DNA of 64,000 bases from an uncultured Bacilli bacterium. Its GTDB lineage: Bacteria > Bacillota_I > Bacilli_A > RFN20 > CAG-826. Positions 9,835 through 19,480 of the stretch are shown in pieces; position 1 is the first letter of the stretch; each line of letters opens with the position of its first letter. A program made the translations under genes and the position numbers. Under the pieces are notes generated by a model. The model searched no databases. It worked only from the letters and a program-made list of their open reading frames with translations, and had not been told where the DNA came from. Where the stretch lies: contig CAKUXV010000004.1 in assembly GCA_934700895.1 (NCBI GenBank), positions 75,765 to 139,764 on the forward strand, in the 5' to 3' direction.

Positions 9835-10231
9835 TGGTGGAGTCGCGGGGAATCGAACCCCGGTCCGAAGAAAGTCCCCACACAGCATCTACAGTTTAGG
9901 CAGATTCGTTAACCCAGATCCGTCGAACCTACCAAGGGCGAATAAGGGGCGGCAGTTCATTTTCGTCCAACTTCCCCTGCCAAGAAGCCAGCTTATCGCC
10001 TTATCTTGCGCCTATCCCATGCCAAGGCGTGAACGCATGGGTAGACGTGCTCGCCCGCGATACGCGGAACCCTATGTCGGGTGCTTAATTAAGCAAGAGC
10101 AACGGACGCGCAACGGTTGTTGAGCATCCAGGGTTTGACAGTTTTGTCAGTTATTGTTTTTTGGTATTAAGGTTTACCAGACCACTGCATCCGTGCGTTG
10201 ACGGTTTCCCCGTCAAAACCAGTACGGCCCC
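9835..10231 (-). ncRNA. ssrA: tmRNA (SsrA)
   Basis: Minus-strand 5' end 'GGGGCCGUACUGGUUUUGACGGGGAAACCGUCAACGCACGG...' and 3' end '...CGGACCGGGGUUCGAUUCCCCGCGACUCCACCA' form the canonical tRNA-like acceptor/T-arm with CCA. An internal reading frame ends '...GUU GCU CUU GCU UAA UUA A', giving a tag ending VALA. Length is about 397 nt. Confidence 0.85.
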
Positions 10232-10305
10232 AGAACAATTTGCCTTTTCGTGTGTTAAAGGCTAGGTAACTATAGGAGCAAAAAGAAAAATATCAAAGGG
10301 GAAAA

Positions 10306-10821
10306 TCAAATTTTTGTGACTATTTTCTTACTCTTTCCCTTTAAAAAGACGGCAAGAACAAGCAAGCAAACAAACGAAAACAACAAAACAACCAACCATA
10401 GATAAAACCCATATCCAAAACGTAAGTTGGAAAGGGGGACGGAAGGGTTGACCAAAAAAATAAATAGAGGAGACAACGCGATTCCTATTACCCCTAATCC
10501 CAATAGGCAAATAGAAAGCACGATAATTTTCCAATTCCCGTAACTAAGCAAAGAACAAATCGCCCCTAAAACGAGGAACTGAAGGCTAAAAAACAAAGGA
10601 AGATTAGAACGAAAATAAAAGGAGGATTCTAGGCCGTTTGAATCAAAAAGAAACGACCCCCCTAGTAGAATTCGTAAAAAAGGAAGGGAAATTGGAGTCT
10701 TCAATTCGTCGAAAGTCACCCAAAAAGGAAGGAGGAAAAATAAAAAGGATAAAAAAACGGCCAGTCCCGCGAAAAGAGGAAACCATTTGATGCAAAATAA
10801 GGCAAAACGGCGTTTTTTCAT
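10306..10821 (-). CDS. Polytopic membrane protein of unknown function
   Basis: 171-aa highly hydrophobic product with 4-5 predicted TM segments and no recognisable motif. Divergent from the 10925 gene. Confidence 0.5.
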   Translation of the reverse strand: MKKRRFALFCIKWFPLFAGLAVFLSFLFFLLPFWVTFDELKTPISLPFLRILLGGSFLFDSNGLESSFYFRSNLPLFFSLQFLVLGAICSLLSYGNWKIIVLSICLLGLGVIGIALSPLFIFLVNPSVPLSNLRFGYGFYLWLVVLLFSFVCLLVLAVFLKGKSKKIVTKI

Positions 10822-10924
10822 CCTTTGTATTATCCCCGAACTCTAGGGGTATCGGAACCTTTTTATTTCCAAAACCCCATAACTCGTGTATCGTTTAGTT
10901 TGCTTAAGCAAAAGAGAGTGAAAA

Positions 10925-12076
10925 ATGGCGAACAAAAAGAAAAAGAAAAACTCGAATAAAACCGTTACGGCGAAAAAGGTTTCCAAACCCAAGAAAAAAA
11001 TGTCCCCGGAAGCGAAGGAAAAACTAAAAACCAGCTTCCTTACCTTGGTCAACAACGATGCCTGCATCCGTGCTAGCCGCGAATACCATGGCTGGGGATG
11101 GAACGCTTTGGCCGTTACTTTGGCGGTCGCTAGCTGCGTCATCGCAGTCGTACCGAGCCTTGTTGGACGTTTGCAAGTGGATTATGGCAACAGCGTCCTT
11201 TCTTCCCCGAACTACAGCTATGATGATGGCTTGACCAACTTCACGAAAAAGCTCGCAGAAGAAGGCATTGACCTCACTATCGATAACAACGGCCACCCCT
11301 CCTTTGGCTCCACCGAATCCGTTTGGATTGAAAAGATGGCCGCGAAGGGAAACGAAACCGACAAGCTTTATTTTTACAAAGACGTTTCTTCCTCCAAAGG
11401 ACAAACGATGTTCGAAGTCTTCGTGAACCCGACCGTCTTCACCACGGCTGCCGCTCACGCCGAAGTCACCGACACCACCTTCTTCGCCGATATCGTTGAA
11501 GGAAAGAACCCCATCAACCACACGACCCGTTCGGACCGCATCGAAGGATCGGATGCCCCTTACGCCACGAGCTTCTTGGCGTTTGGCCTCGATTCCATCA
11601 TGATCGGCCGGTATAACGCCAGTGGAAAAGGCGAACGCCTTACTGGCGAAAACAAAGTCTTAATCGGCACGAACTTCAAGAGCTTTGCTTTCAATAAAGA
11701 AAACCAAATGCTCCAAAATAGCGAGCTCAAGGAAGCGGTGGTCGCCAATTACAAAAACGTCTTCCGCAGCATGACTCAGGCCCAGAAAGAAGCGGGTGCT
11801 TGGCAATATACCGGCATCATGTTCGGCGTTTATGTCGGGCTCAATGTCCTCTTTGGCTTGTTACTCTTCCTCCTCACCCGCGGCAAACGCAATCCCCTCC
11901 GTGTCTACACGTTCTGGGAAACGCAAAAGATGTCCTACTGGGCGAGCTTCGCTCCGGGCATCCTCTCCCTCTGCCTTGGCTTTGCCATGCAGTCGATGGC
12001 CATGATGTCCTTCATCTTCCTCTTCGGCATGCGCATCATGTGGATGTCGATGAAGTCGATGCGCCCTGCGCAATAA
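10925..12076 (+). CDS. Membrane protein with a Lys-rich N-terminal tail, a large extracytoplasmic domain and C-terminal TM helices; function unknown
   Basis: 383-aa ORF with N-terminus 'MANKKKKKNSNKTVTAKKVSKPKKK', a TM segment 'ALAVTLAVASCVIAVVPSLV', a soluble domain of about 230 aa and C-terminal hydrophobic helices. A terminator follows. Confidence 0.6.
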   Translation: MANKKKKKNSNKTVTAKKVSKPKKKMSPEAKEKLKTSFLTLVNNDACIRASREYHGWGWNALAVTLAVASCVIAVVPSLVGRLQVDYGNSVLSSPNYSYDDGLTNFTKKLAEEGIDLTIDNNGHPSFGSTESVWIEKMAAKGNETDKLYFYKDVSSSKGQTMFEVFVNPTVFTTAAAHAEVTDTTFFADIVEGKNPINHTTRSDRIEGSDAPYATSFLAFGLDSIMIGRYNASGKGERLTGENKVLIGTNFKSFAFNKENQMLQNSELKEAVVANYKNVFRSMTQAQKEAGAWQYTGIMFGVYVGLNVLFGLLLFLLTRGKRNPLRVYTFWETQKMSYWASFAPGILSLCLGFAMQSMAMMSFIFLFGMRIMWMSMKSMRPAQ

Positions 12077-12092
12077 GTCTTGCAAGCACCTT

Positions 12093-12126
12093 AAAAGGGC
12101 CCCGTCTTGTGACGGAGCCCTTTTCT
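12093..12126. terminator. Bidirectional rho-independent terminator between convergent genes
   Basis: AAAAGGGCCCCGTC-TTGTG-ACGGAGCCCTTTTCT hairpin with T/A runs on both sides. Confidence 0.55.
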
Positions 12127-12135
12127 GTTGTCTGG

Positions 12136-12474
12136 TTAGTCCCCGTAATCGGATCCGCGGGATTTATCTTCCACGAAAATGCAAAGGGGGTCTGTGATAT
12201 CTTGGATTTCCCGGTAGATAAACCCATCACGGGTAATCCAAGGGTTTTCGAAATCCGCGGTGAAGATAACTTTGTGGTTCTTCTTAATCACGAGGTCGAT
12301 CGCCTCCATGATGCGGTCAAAGTCTTCCGCGCGTTTTTCTTTGAATCCGCGTAACCCATCATAAAATCCAGGCTCGACGTAAAACGTATTGCCATCCTCA
12401 TCGTGATAGCAGTTCACCAAATGATTCCATTGGTCTTGGAAGGGCTGGTACTTGTTAAATTCTTCGTAAGTCAT
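12136..12474 (-). CDS. Hypothetical protein, about 112 aa
   Basis: ORF trimmed to the ATG at 12474 (MTYEEFNKYQPF...). The longer tracked ORF would overlap the divergent Cof gene. No recognisable motif. Confidence 0.45.
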   Translation of the reverse strand: MTYEEFNKYQPFQDQWNHLVNCYHDEDGNTFYVEPGFYDGLRGFKEKRAEDFDRIMEAIDLVIKKNHKVIFTADFENPWITRDGFIYREIQDITDPLCIFVEDKSRGSDYGD

Positions 12475-12543
12475 AAAATATCCGCCAAATAGTTTAGCAT
12501 CCCTTGAGGGTTTACGGGTAAAAAGGTATCTTTTTAAAAGAAA

Positions 12544-13347
12544 ATGGAATCGAAAATCAAAATTGTCTTCACCGATATTGATAATACCCTTTATAGCCAT
12601 TTTAAGCATGAAGTCCCATTATCCGCGATTCACGCGATGGAAGACATGCAGAAAAAAGGGATTAAGGTTTTCCTTTGCTCCGGCCGCAACTACTACTTAA
12701 TACGCAAATCGGGCATTTTGTCCGTAGTTCATCCCGATGGCATGGTCACGATGAACGGCAGCAATGCCATTATCGACGGCAACATCATTTATAAATACCC
12801 AATCCCTTCTAACGTCGTCGATAAGATGATTCTCTACGCCAAACGCCTCAAATTCGGTTTGACCTTAATCGAGGAAAGCGAAGGTCATATCAACATGATT
12901 GATGACCGTGTTATTTCGGCGCACGAAAAATACGGAACCCGTTTCCCACAACCACGCCACTTCCCGGACCATTATGACCGCGTCGTCTATCAAATGATTG
13001 CTTTCTGCGACGCCTTTGACGAATCCTTGTTCCTCCCCCACCTAGAAAACTGCAAATCCGCGCGTTGGGATGAATATGCCGTCGATATCATGTTGAAGGA
13101 TTCTGATAAATCCAAAGGCATCGAATCCGTTCTTGAATATTACGATTTAAAGCCAGAAAACATCCTTTGCCTTGGAGACGGCGAAAACGACGTGGAAATG
13201 CTTCGTTACGCAGGAATCGGAGTTGCCATGGGCAATGGAAGCCCCTTAGCCAAGCAAGCTGCTGATTACGTCACCGACGATATCGACGATGATGGATGGG
13301 CCAAAGCCTGCCTTCACTTCGGCTTAATCGACCAAATCCGCAAATAA
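12544..13347 (+). CDS. Cof-type HAD-IIB sugar phosphatase
   Basis: N-terminal 'IVFTDIDNTL' (DxD motif I) and C-terminal 'GDGENDVEML' (motif IV), typical of Cof/YidA phosphatases. Confidence 0.75.
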   Translation: MESKIKIVFTDIDNTLYSHFKHEVPLSAIHAMEDMQKKGIKVFLCSGRNYYLIRKSGILSVVHPDGMVTMNGSNAIIDGNIIYKYPIPSNVVDKMILYAKRLKFGLTLIEESEGHINMIDDRVISAHEKYGTRFPQPRHFPDHYDRVVYQMIAFCDAFDESLFLPHLENCKSARWDEYAVDIMLKDSDKSKGIESVLEYYDLKPENILCLGDGENDVEMLRYAGIGVAMGNGSPLAKQAADYVTDDIDDDGWAKACLHFGLIDQIRK

Positions 13348-13370
13348 GAAGGGTCCGCCCTTCTTTTTTT
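13348..13370 (+). terminator. Rho-independent terminator after the Cof phosphatase gene
   Basis: GAAGGG-TCCG-CCCTTC hairpin immediately followed by TTTTTTT. Confidence 0.6.
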
Positions 13371-13395
13371 GTTCATCCCCCGTATACTTTTCCAT

Positions 13396-14166
13396 ATGAA
13401 AAATAACCCCTTTATCCGAACCGAACGCCTTCTTGGCAAAGAAGCGATGGAACGTCTCGCTTCTTCTTGCGTGGCTATCTTTGGATTAGGAGGGGTAGGA
13501 GGCAATTGCTGCGAAGCCCTCGCTCGAAGCGGAGTCGGCCATTTCGTATTGATCGACGACGATGTCGTATCGCTTAGCAACATCAACCGTCAGCTCATCG
13601 CCACCTTCGATACCATCGGAATGAATAAAGTGGATGTCATGGAGCAAAGAATCCGTTCCATCCATCCAGAAGCTATAGTAGAAAAGAGAAAAACGTTCTA
13701 CCTGCCAGAGCACGGGAATGAATTCCCTTTTGAATCCTATTCTTATTGCATCGACTGCATCGATACCGTCACGGCCAAAATCGACATTATCCTTCGTTGT
13801 CAAAAAGCCGGAACCCCCGTTATCTCTTCCATGGGTGCGGGAAATCGACTAGACCCCAGTCAATTGCGAATCGGGGACCTTTATTCCACCCATATGGATC
13901 CTCTAGCTAAAATCATGCGAAGAGAATTAAAGAAACGAGGCGTCAGCCATTTAAAAGTCGTTTATAGCGAGGAAAAGCCCACTCTCCCCCAGCAAGTGAT
14001 TCTAGAAGAGACATCAAGTGGCAAGCCGAGAAGATCCATCCCCGGATCCACTTCTTTTGTCCCTCCCGTTGCAGGCATTCTTTTAGCCGCGGAAGTCATC
14101 AAAGACTTAACGGGCATCACGCCGAATTCCGATAAGAAAGAGGCCGAAGCCAAAAAGGCCCAATAA
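13396..14166 (+). CDS. tcdA: ThiF/MoeB-family E1-like enzyme, probable tRNA threonylcarbamoyladenosine dehydratase (TcdA/CsdL-like)
   Basis: Rossmann motif 'GLGGVGGNCCEALARSGVGHFVLIDDDVVSLSNINRQ' is diagnostic of the ThiF/MoeB/TcdA family. The start was chosen at MKNNPF. Confidence 0.7.
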   Translation: MKNNPFIRTERLLGKEAMERLASSCVAIFGLGGVGGNCCEALARSGVGHFVLIDDDVVSLSNINRQLIATFDTIGMNKVDVMEQRIRSIHPEAIVEKRKTFYLPEHGNEFPFESYSYCIDCIDTVTAKIDIILRCQKAGTPVISSMGAGNRLDPSQLRIGDLYSTHMDPLAKIMRRELKKRGVSHLKVVYSEEKPTLPQQVILEETSSGKPRRSIPGSTSFVPPVAGILLAAEVIKDLTGITPNSDKKEAEAKKAQ

Positions 14167-14167
14167 T

Positions 14168-14647
14168 TTATTTATGATAAGGCTCATGATGGGCAATGCG
14201 AAAGGCCCGATAGAGCTGTTCCAATAACATAATCCGCGATAATTGATGGGGGAAGGTCATCTTCCCGAAACTAATGGAATCATTCGCCCGAGCTTTTAAG
14301 GCATCCGATAAACCCAGCGATCCTCCAATTAAGAAAATTAACGAGGAACGTCCTTTAACAAAGGCATTTTCTAAGTAAGAAGAGAAAGAGACGGAATCGA
14401 ATTCCTTTTGGTTTAAGTCCATGGCAATCACGTAATCGCCGGATTTGATCTTTTGGAGGACACGGGCCCCTTCTTTTTCTTTGATTTCACCCTCTTCTTT
14501 GGGGCTCGGGCCCTCTTTCGTGGCAAGGTCGGGGAATTCCTCCACCGTGACCTTCGCGTAAACCTGAAGGCGTTTTAAATATTCTTCCGCAGCAGACCGC
14601 CAATAGGATTCCTTCAAGGATCCGATGCAATAGATGGTAATTTTCAT
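14168..14647 (-). CDS. rlmH: 23S rRNA (pseudouridine1915-N3)-methyltransferase RlmH (SPOUT)
   Basis: About 159 aa with N-terminus 'MKITIYCIGSLKESYW...EYLKRL' and a C-terminal SPOUT knot region; conserved position next to the yycJ-like gene as in Firmicutes. Confidence 0.8.
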   Translation of the reverse strand: MKITIYCIGSLKESYWRSAAEEYLKRLQVYAKVTVEEFPDLATKEGPSPKEEGEIKEKEGARVLQKIKSGDYVIAMDLNQKEFDSVSFSSYLENAFVKGRSSLIFLIGGSLGLSDALKARANDSISFGKMTFPHQLSRIMLLEQLYRAFRIAHHEPYHK

Positions 14648-15402
14648 TCCCAATCACCTCCAAGAACCATATCCCATTGTTTGGTAGGAACGATTTGGAT
14701 GGAGTCGGGATCAATATCCCGGGATTCGAGCAAGCGACGATAGGACGAAACAGCGATGTCTGCCGTATTGCATTCTTCACTGATATGGCCTAGATACACC
14801 GCTTTAGTTCTTGGACCAAGAACCTCGCTAAAATAGATCGCGCTATCGACGTTGCTAAGATGTCCATGGTCGCTATGGATACGGTCTTTAAGGCTTTGGG
14901 GGCGTCTGCTTTTATAAAGCATTTCCAAGTCGTGATTCGATTCGAAAAGGTAATAGTCGCAATTTTGGAGAATCTTTAAGGCTTCGTCATCCAAATACCC
15001 CGTATCCGTCACGTAGCCAAGTTTTTCATCGCCAACACGGATTAAATAATTCACGGGATTCGGGGCGTCGTGGTGAGCCGAAAAAGGAAAAACGCATAGA
15101 TGTCCCACGTCAATTCCGCAATAAGGCTCAATGGTCTCGAATACCTCGTCGGGATTTAAGGAGCATTGAGTGGCGTAGACCGCCGTAGTTTTGGGCATTA
15201 AAGAAACCGTACCAATGTGGTCGGTATGATCGTGAGTAATGAAAAGGGCTTCGATATCCTCCACCGATTTGCCAAGGATTTTAGTACCCTCCGCCAAAGT
15301 TTTGCGGGGCACACCCATATCGATTTGAATCAAGGATTCTCCATCCGTAATGAGGGTGGCATTTCCTTTCGATCCCGAAGCGACGAAAACGATGCGGATC
15401 AT
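14644..15402 (-). CDS. Metallo-beta-lactamase-fold hydrolase (YycJ/WalJ-like)
   Basis: Motif 'HTDHIG' (HxHxDH) and overall MBL fold; overlaps rlmH, with synteny yycJ-rlmH. Confidence 0.75.
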   Translation of the reverse strand: MIRIVFVASGSKGNATLITDGESLIQIDMGVPRKTLAEGTKILGKSVEDIEALFITHDHTDHIGTVSLMPKTTAVYATQCSLNPDEVFETIEPYCGIDVGHLCVFPFSAHHDAPNPVNYLIRVGDEKLGYVTDTGYLDDEALKILQNCDYYLFESNHDLEMLYKSRRPQSLKDRIHSDHGHLSNVDSAIYFSEVLGPRTKAVYLGHISEECNTADIAVSSYRRLLESRDIDPDSIQIVPTKQWDMVLGGDWE

Positions 15403-16886
15403 TCCGGCATATCCACTTCGCCCATCATGGCAGCCTGACGGGTCTCATAATTCGTGGAAGGTTCGCAAAAACGGGAATAGGCTTTTTGAAACAATAGGGT
15501 AATGGTTCCCGTTTGACCGTTACGGTTCTTGGCGATGATGATTTTCGTTTCCGACATATCGCCGTTCTCCTTCTTTTCTTCTGCCGTGGGTTGATGGACT
15601 TCCGGTTCCGGCTCTCCCCCGTTTTGTTTTTCGGCCTTCAACTGATATTTGGTCTTAATGGATTGGCCAGTAGCCGTGTAATAGTCGGGACGATACATGA
15701 GCATGACGATATCGGCGTCCTGCTCGATAGCGCCCGATTCACGGAGGTTCGCAAGGTTAGGAACCTTGTCGGGGTTATTGTCGACGCTACGGTTAAGCTG
15801 CGATAAGCAGATAACCGGCAACTTCAATTGACGGGCCAACGTCTTCAAAGCGCCCGAGATATAGGATACCTCTTGTTGACGGGCATTCATGTCGAGCTTA
15901 TCGGAATAGGTGATGCGGCCCAAATAGTCGATGACGATTAAGCCCAAATCCGGGTGGGTGGCCTTCAATTTCGTAGCTTTGGCGACCAAATCACCGAGCT
16001 TGGAGTTTGGAGTATCGTCAAAGAACAAATCCGTTTGAGAGATTTCTTCGATAGCGGAAGCCACCTTCACGCGGTCTTTGCCGTAGAGTTTTCCCGTTTG
16101 AATGTCGTTATTGGAAACGCAGGAACGCGATGCAATCAAACGTTCCATGACTTTGTCGGCGCCCATTTCAAGGGAGAAGAATCCGACGGGGACCTTCCCG
16201 CGAATTGCCGCTTCATAGGCAAGATTCATGCCAAAAGCTGTTTTACCGACGGAAGGGCGGGCGGCGAGGATGATTAAATCGCCTTTTTGCCATCCGTGGG
16301 TCATGTCATCGAGGCAACGGTAACCCGAGGTTAAACCCGTTAGGCCTTTGTTATCGCTTTTGGATTTCTTTTCGATGTCTTCTCGGACCGCCAAAGCAAC
16401 TTCGCGAGCGCTTTTCATGCCCTGAACGGAGCGCTTTTGGGCAATGCGAGTGATTTCATCGTTGGATTGAAGGATGAAGTCGCCGATATTGGAAACGCCT
16501 TTGGAATATTGTTCTTGAATGCGGTTGGTTGCTAATAGCAATTGGCGGAGAACGCTTTGCTCATGAACCATATCGATATAGGTATCGATGTATTCTGGAG
16601 AAATGACCGTGTTAAGTAATTGGAAAAGATAGGGAGTTCCGCCCGCTTGCTGATCCAATTTGGAATTGATGAGCTGATCATTTAAAGTCTGAACGTCCAA
16701 CGGAAGATGATGGGCATGAAGCTCCTGCATGGCCGTGAAAATAATCCGGTTACGAGGGTCTGCATCGCTAAAATCATCCGGTTGAAGGGAATCCAAACCG
16801 ATTTCCGCAGCACCTGGGGAAATCAGCATCGAACCCAAAACGGAGCGTTCTGCTTCTAAGTTACTTGGCAAAGCGATTGTCGCCAT
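15399..16886 (-). CDS. dnaB: Replicative DNA helicase DnaB
   Basis: N-terminal 'LPSNLEAERSVLGSML', Walker A 'ARPSVGKTAF', Walker B region 'LIVIDYLG' and the C-terminal RecA-like fold. A roughly 35-aa acidic insertion ('NGGEPEPEVHQPTAEEKKENGDMSE') precedes the final 'IIIAKNRNGQTG' motif. Confidence 0.9.
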   Translation of the reverse strand: MATIALPSNLEAERSVLGSMLISPGAAEIGLDSLQPDDFSDADPRNRIIFTAMQELHAHHLPLDVQTLNDQLINSKLDQQAGGTPYLFQLLNTVISPEYIDTYIDMVHEQSVLRQLLLATNRIQEQYSKGVSNIGDFILQSNDEITRIAQKRSVQGMKSAREVALAVREDIEKKSKSDNKGLTGLTSGYRCLDDMTHGWQKGDLIILAARPSVGKTAFGMNLAYEAAIRGKVPVGFFSLEMGADKVMERLIASRSCVSNNDIQTGKLYGKDRVKVASAIEEISQTDLFFDDTPNSKLGDLVAKATKLKATHPDLGLIVIDYLGRITYSDKLDMNARQQEVSYISGALKTLARQLKLPVICLSQLNRSVDNNPDKVPNLANLRESGAIEQDADIVMLMYRPDYYTATGQSIKTKYQLKAEKQNGGEPEPEVHQPTAEEKKENGDMSETKIIIAKNRNGQTGTITLLFQKAYSRFCEPSTNYETRQAAMMGEVDMPE

Positions 16887-17347
16887 TATTTCTTCTCCGA
16901 AATGTGAACGTTAACCGTTCCGATGACTTCGCCTTCCACCCCTTTATAGAGTTCGATGCGAAGACGGGTATAGCCAAGGCCATTGGCAGGGTATTTATCG
17001 ATGAATTTGCGTTTATCGAGTTTGATGCCCCATTGCTTTTCCATTCCTTCGCAGATTTCTTTGGGGGAAATGGAACCAAAGGCACGGCCATCGCTGCCGG
17101 TCTTTAACGTAAATTCGACGTTGATATGCTCCAAACGGGTTTTAACTTCTTCCGCCGCTTTCTTGAGTTCTTTCTGACGTTCCGCCTCTTGGGCGTTATC
17201 GCGCTTCAACTCTTGCTGAGTGGCATTCGTGGAAAGTTTAGCAAGTCCCCGCGGAATCAAATAATTGAGGCCATATCCATCGCTCACCGTGACGGTCTCG
17301 CCTTTTTTGCCGATTTTCTTTACATCTTGAGTCAAAATAACTTTCAT
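16886..17347 (-). CDS. rplI: 50S ribosomal protein L9
   Basis: 153 aa beginning 'MKVILTQDVKKIGKKGETVTVSDGYGLNYLIP', the canonical L9 N-domain, in the gdpP-rplI-dnaB arrangement. Confidence 0.9.
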   Translation of the reverse strand: MKVILTQDVKKIGKKGETVTVSDGYGLNYLIPRGLAKLSTNATQQELKRDNAQEAERQKELKKAAEEVKTRLEHINVEFTLKTGSDGRAFGSISPKEICEGMEKQWGIKLDKRKFIDKYPANGLGYTRLRIELYKGVEGEVIGTVNVHISEKK

Positions 17348-19416
17348 TAACGTAATCCTCCTAAGTCCGTTTTCGCTTCATCGAGGTATGTCGCTAAAGC
17401 GTCTAATAATTTGTTTTCCACTACAGCAACCGTCGATCCTGGGAAAGAGGCCGCCGCCATGCCGAAGTGTCCGCCGCCGCCAAGTTTTTCCATCAAGAGC
17501 TGAACGTTGATGGAACCATCGCTACGCGCGGAAATCGCAATTTCGTTTTGCTTGATTCGTCCAATGACGAAGCTTGCATTAACCCCTTTAAGTTCGCGGA
17601 TTTGGTTCGCGACTTTGGCCAGGGCGCTCTTTTCGATGATGTCGGAATCGTCGGAGACGCAGTAGGCAACGCCCGTATAGGGGCTACGCATCGTCGAAGC
17701 GATTTTCGTCACCAAGTTGTATTCTTCGACTTCGTCTTTCAAGAAATCGTCTGCTTTTGCATTATCCGCGCCGAATTCCTTTAAGATTTCGCAGGCTTCG
17801 AAGGAGCGGACCCCCGTAGCTTTAGATTTGAAGAAGGAAGTATCAAGGAAGATACCGGAAAGCATGATCGTCGCGTATTCGGCAGGAATTTCGATGCGCG
17901 GGTTTGCCGAAGAATATTTGACGAATTCAGCAATGATTTCGCTCGCGCTTCCTGCCGAGGGGTCGATATAAGAGAGAACCGGCTTTTCGATGAAGGCTTC
18001 ACCGCGACGGTGATGGTCGATGACAATCGTCTTGCTCGATTTTTCCAGAGCCTTATCGCCCATAACTAGAGCAGGAACCGAGACGTCAACCACCACAAAT
18101 AGAGTGGACGGGCGGATCGATTCTTCTGCTTCTTTTGGAGAAATCGTCATGCGGTCCAAACGCGTTTTATCAAACGTCGACTGGAAGGCTAGACGCGTTT
18201 TCTTTTCGGTGATACGGGGATCGAAAATGATTTTATAGGGTTTCTTGTAGTGCTCGCAGATTGCGGCAACGCCCAAGCAAGCGCCCAAGGCATCCATGTC
18301 CATGTCTTTATGACCCGAGATATAGATGTTGCTCGCATCTTTGGCTAATCCGATTAACGAGTTGGCGATGGAACGGAACTGGACGCGGCCCGTATTTTCC
18401 ACCGCAGCCGTCTTGCCGCCATAATACTTGAGTTCCTCTCCGTAATGGCTGACAACCGCTTGGTCTCCGCCACGCGAATTGGCGATATCAATCGCATTCG
18501 AAGCCATTTCGGAAAGTTTGGTGATGTCGTCGAAGCGATGGGCAAAGCCAATGGAAAGGGTGGGAATAACTTGTTGACCTTTTCCTAACATTCTTACGTT
18601 GCTTAAGACCGTAAAGCCATCTTGCTCCATACGGTTCAAAGAAGTGAAATTGCAAACGGCAAAATAGGAATCATTACGAATGCGGCGGACCAAAACGCCC
18701 ATGATTTTCGCATAATCAAAGATGGCCGCGCGAACCTTGGTGATCAAATCGTTGCTATCGTCTTCGATTTTGCCGGCAACATCGGAATAGTTATCAATCA
18801 TGATGATGCCAACGCAAGTGGCCTGTTGACGGTTATATTCGCTAACCTGCTCATAGTCGGTGGAATCTTTGAAGATATATAAACGTGCTTCCGGCAAATA
18901 TTTCACGGAATAGTCTCTGCCGTTGGCTTCGATTTTTTCGCTCATGTCTACAGGCGCGTTCTTGAGCTCGGCTAGCTTCGGTTGCCATTCCAAAATATTG
19001 GCGTCCAATAAATCGATTTGGCGTTCTTTGAATAAGTTGTTCGTCCAAAGAACAAGGTCATTCTCATCGGTGACGACTAACCCGATTTGGCCGAAGTTAT
19101 AAGCTTCCTGAACGTCGCTTCCGATGATGGAAGAAGCATCCAAATCGCTCTTGCGGCGGATATGGCTAAGTTTTACTTCCGTCACCCAAACCGCGAAGAA
19201 ATCGATGACAAAAACGCCGACGGTAATGAAAATCCAATATTCCGGTTTCACCATTTCATGGAAACCATTGGGGAAATCGAAGAAATAAAACAAAGCAACC
19301 AAGGCGATGGCCACGGCTTCGAATAGGAAAATGCCCGCGGTCCACAATGTCATTTTATGCAAAGCATAAGACATGGAGAGGGAATGGTTGTTTTTGTGTT
19401 TCGATTTGCTTGCCAT
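17347..19416 (-). CDS. gdpP: GdpP-type cyclic-di-AMP phosphodiesterase (2 TM, degenerate PAS/GGDEF, DHH-DHHA1)
   Basis: 689 aa with an N-terminal TM pair, DHH motif region '...HKDMDMDALGACLG', DHHA1 'GGGGHFGMAAA', and the conserved position upstream of rplI. Confidence 0.8.
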   Translation of the reverse strand: MASKSKHKNNHSLSMSYALHKMTLWTAGIFLFEAVAIALVALFYFFDFPNGFHEMVKPEYWIFITVGVFVIDFFAVWVTEVKLSHIRRKSDLDASSIIGSDVQEAYNFGQIGLVVTDENDLVLWTNNLFKERQIDLLDANILEWQPKLAELKNAPVDMSEKIEANGRDYSVKYLPEARLYIFKDSTDYEQVSEYNRQQATCVGIIMIDNYSDVAGKIEDDSNDLITKVRAAIFDYAKIMGVLVRRIRNDSYFAVCNFTSLNRMEQDGFTVLSNVRMLGKGQQVIPTLSIGFAHRFDDITKLSEMASNAIDIANSRGGDQAVVSHYGEELKYYGGKTAAVENTGRVQFRSIANSLIGLAKDASNIYISGHKDMDMDALGACLGVAAICEHYKKPYKIIFDPRITEKKTRLAFQSTFDKTRLDRMTISPKEAEESIRPSTLFVVVDVSVPALVMGDKALEKSSKTIVIDHHRRGEAFIEKPVLSYIDPSAGSASEIIAEFVKYSSANPRIEIPAEYATIMLSGIFLDTSFFKSKATGVRSFEACEILKEFGADNAKADDFLKDEVEEYNLVTKIASTMRSPYTGVAYCVSDDSDIIEKSALAKVANQIRELKGVNASFVIGRIKQNEIAISARSDGSINVQLLMEKLGGGGHFGMAAASFPGSTVAVVENKLLDALATYLDEAKTDLGGLR

Positions 19417-19480
19417 AGGTACTAAAAATTATAGGCATTCCAAGCAAACGCGGAAAGCCTTCTTTCGTTTCGATATTCTG

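Noticed and set aside
9824-10123. 99-aa plus-strand ORF
   Set aside because: It lies entirely within the minus-strand tmRNA gene. The Arg/Pro-rich translation is typical of a spurious ORF across a structured RNA gene.
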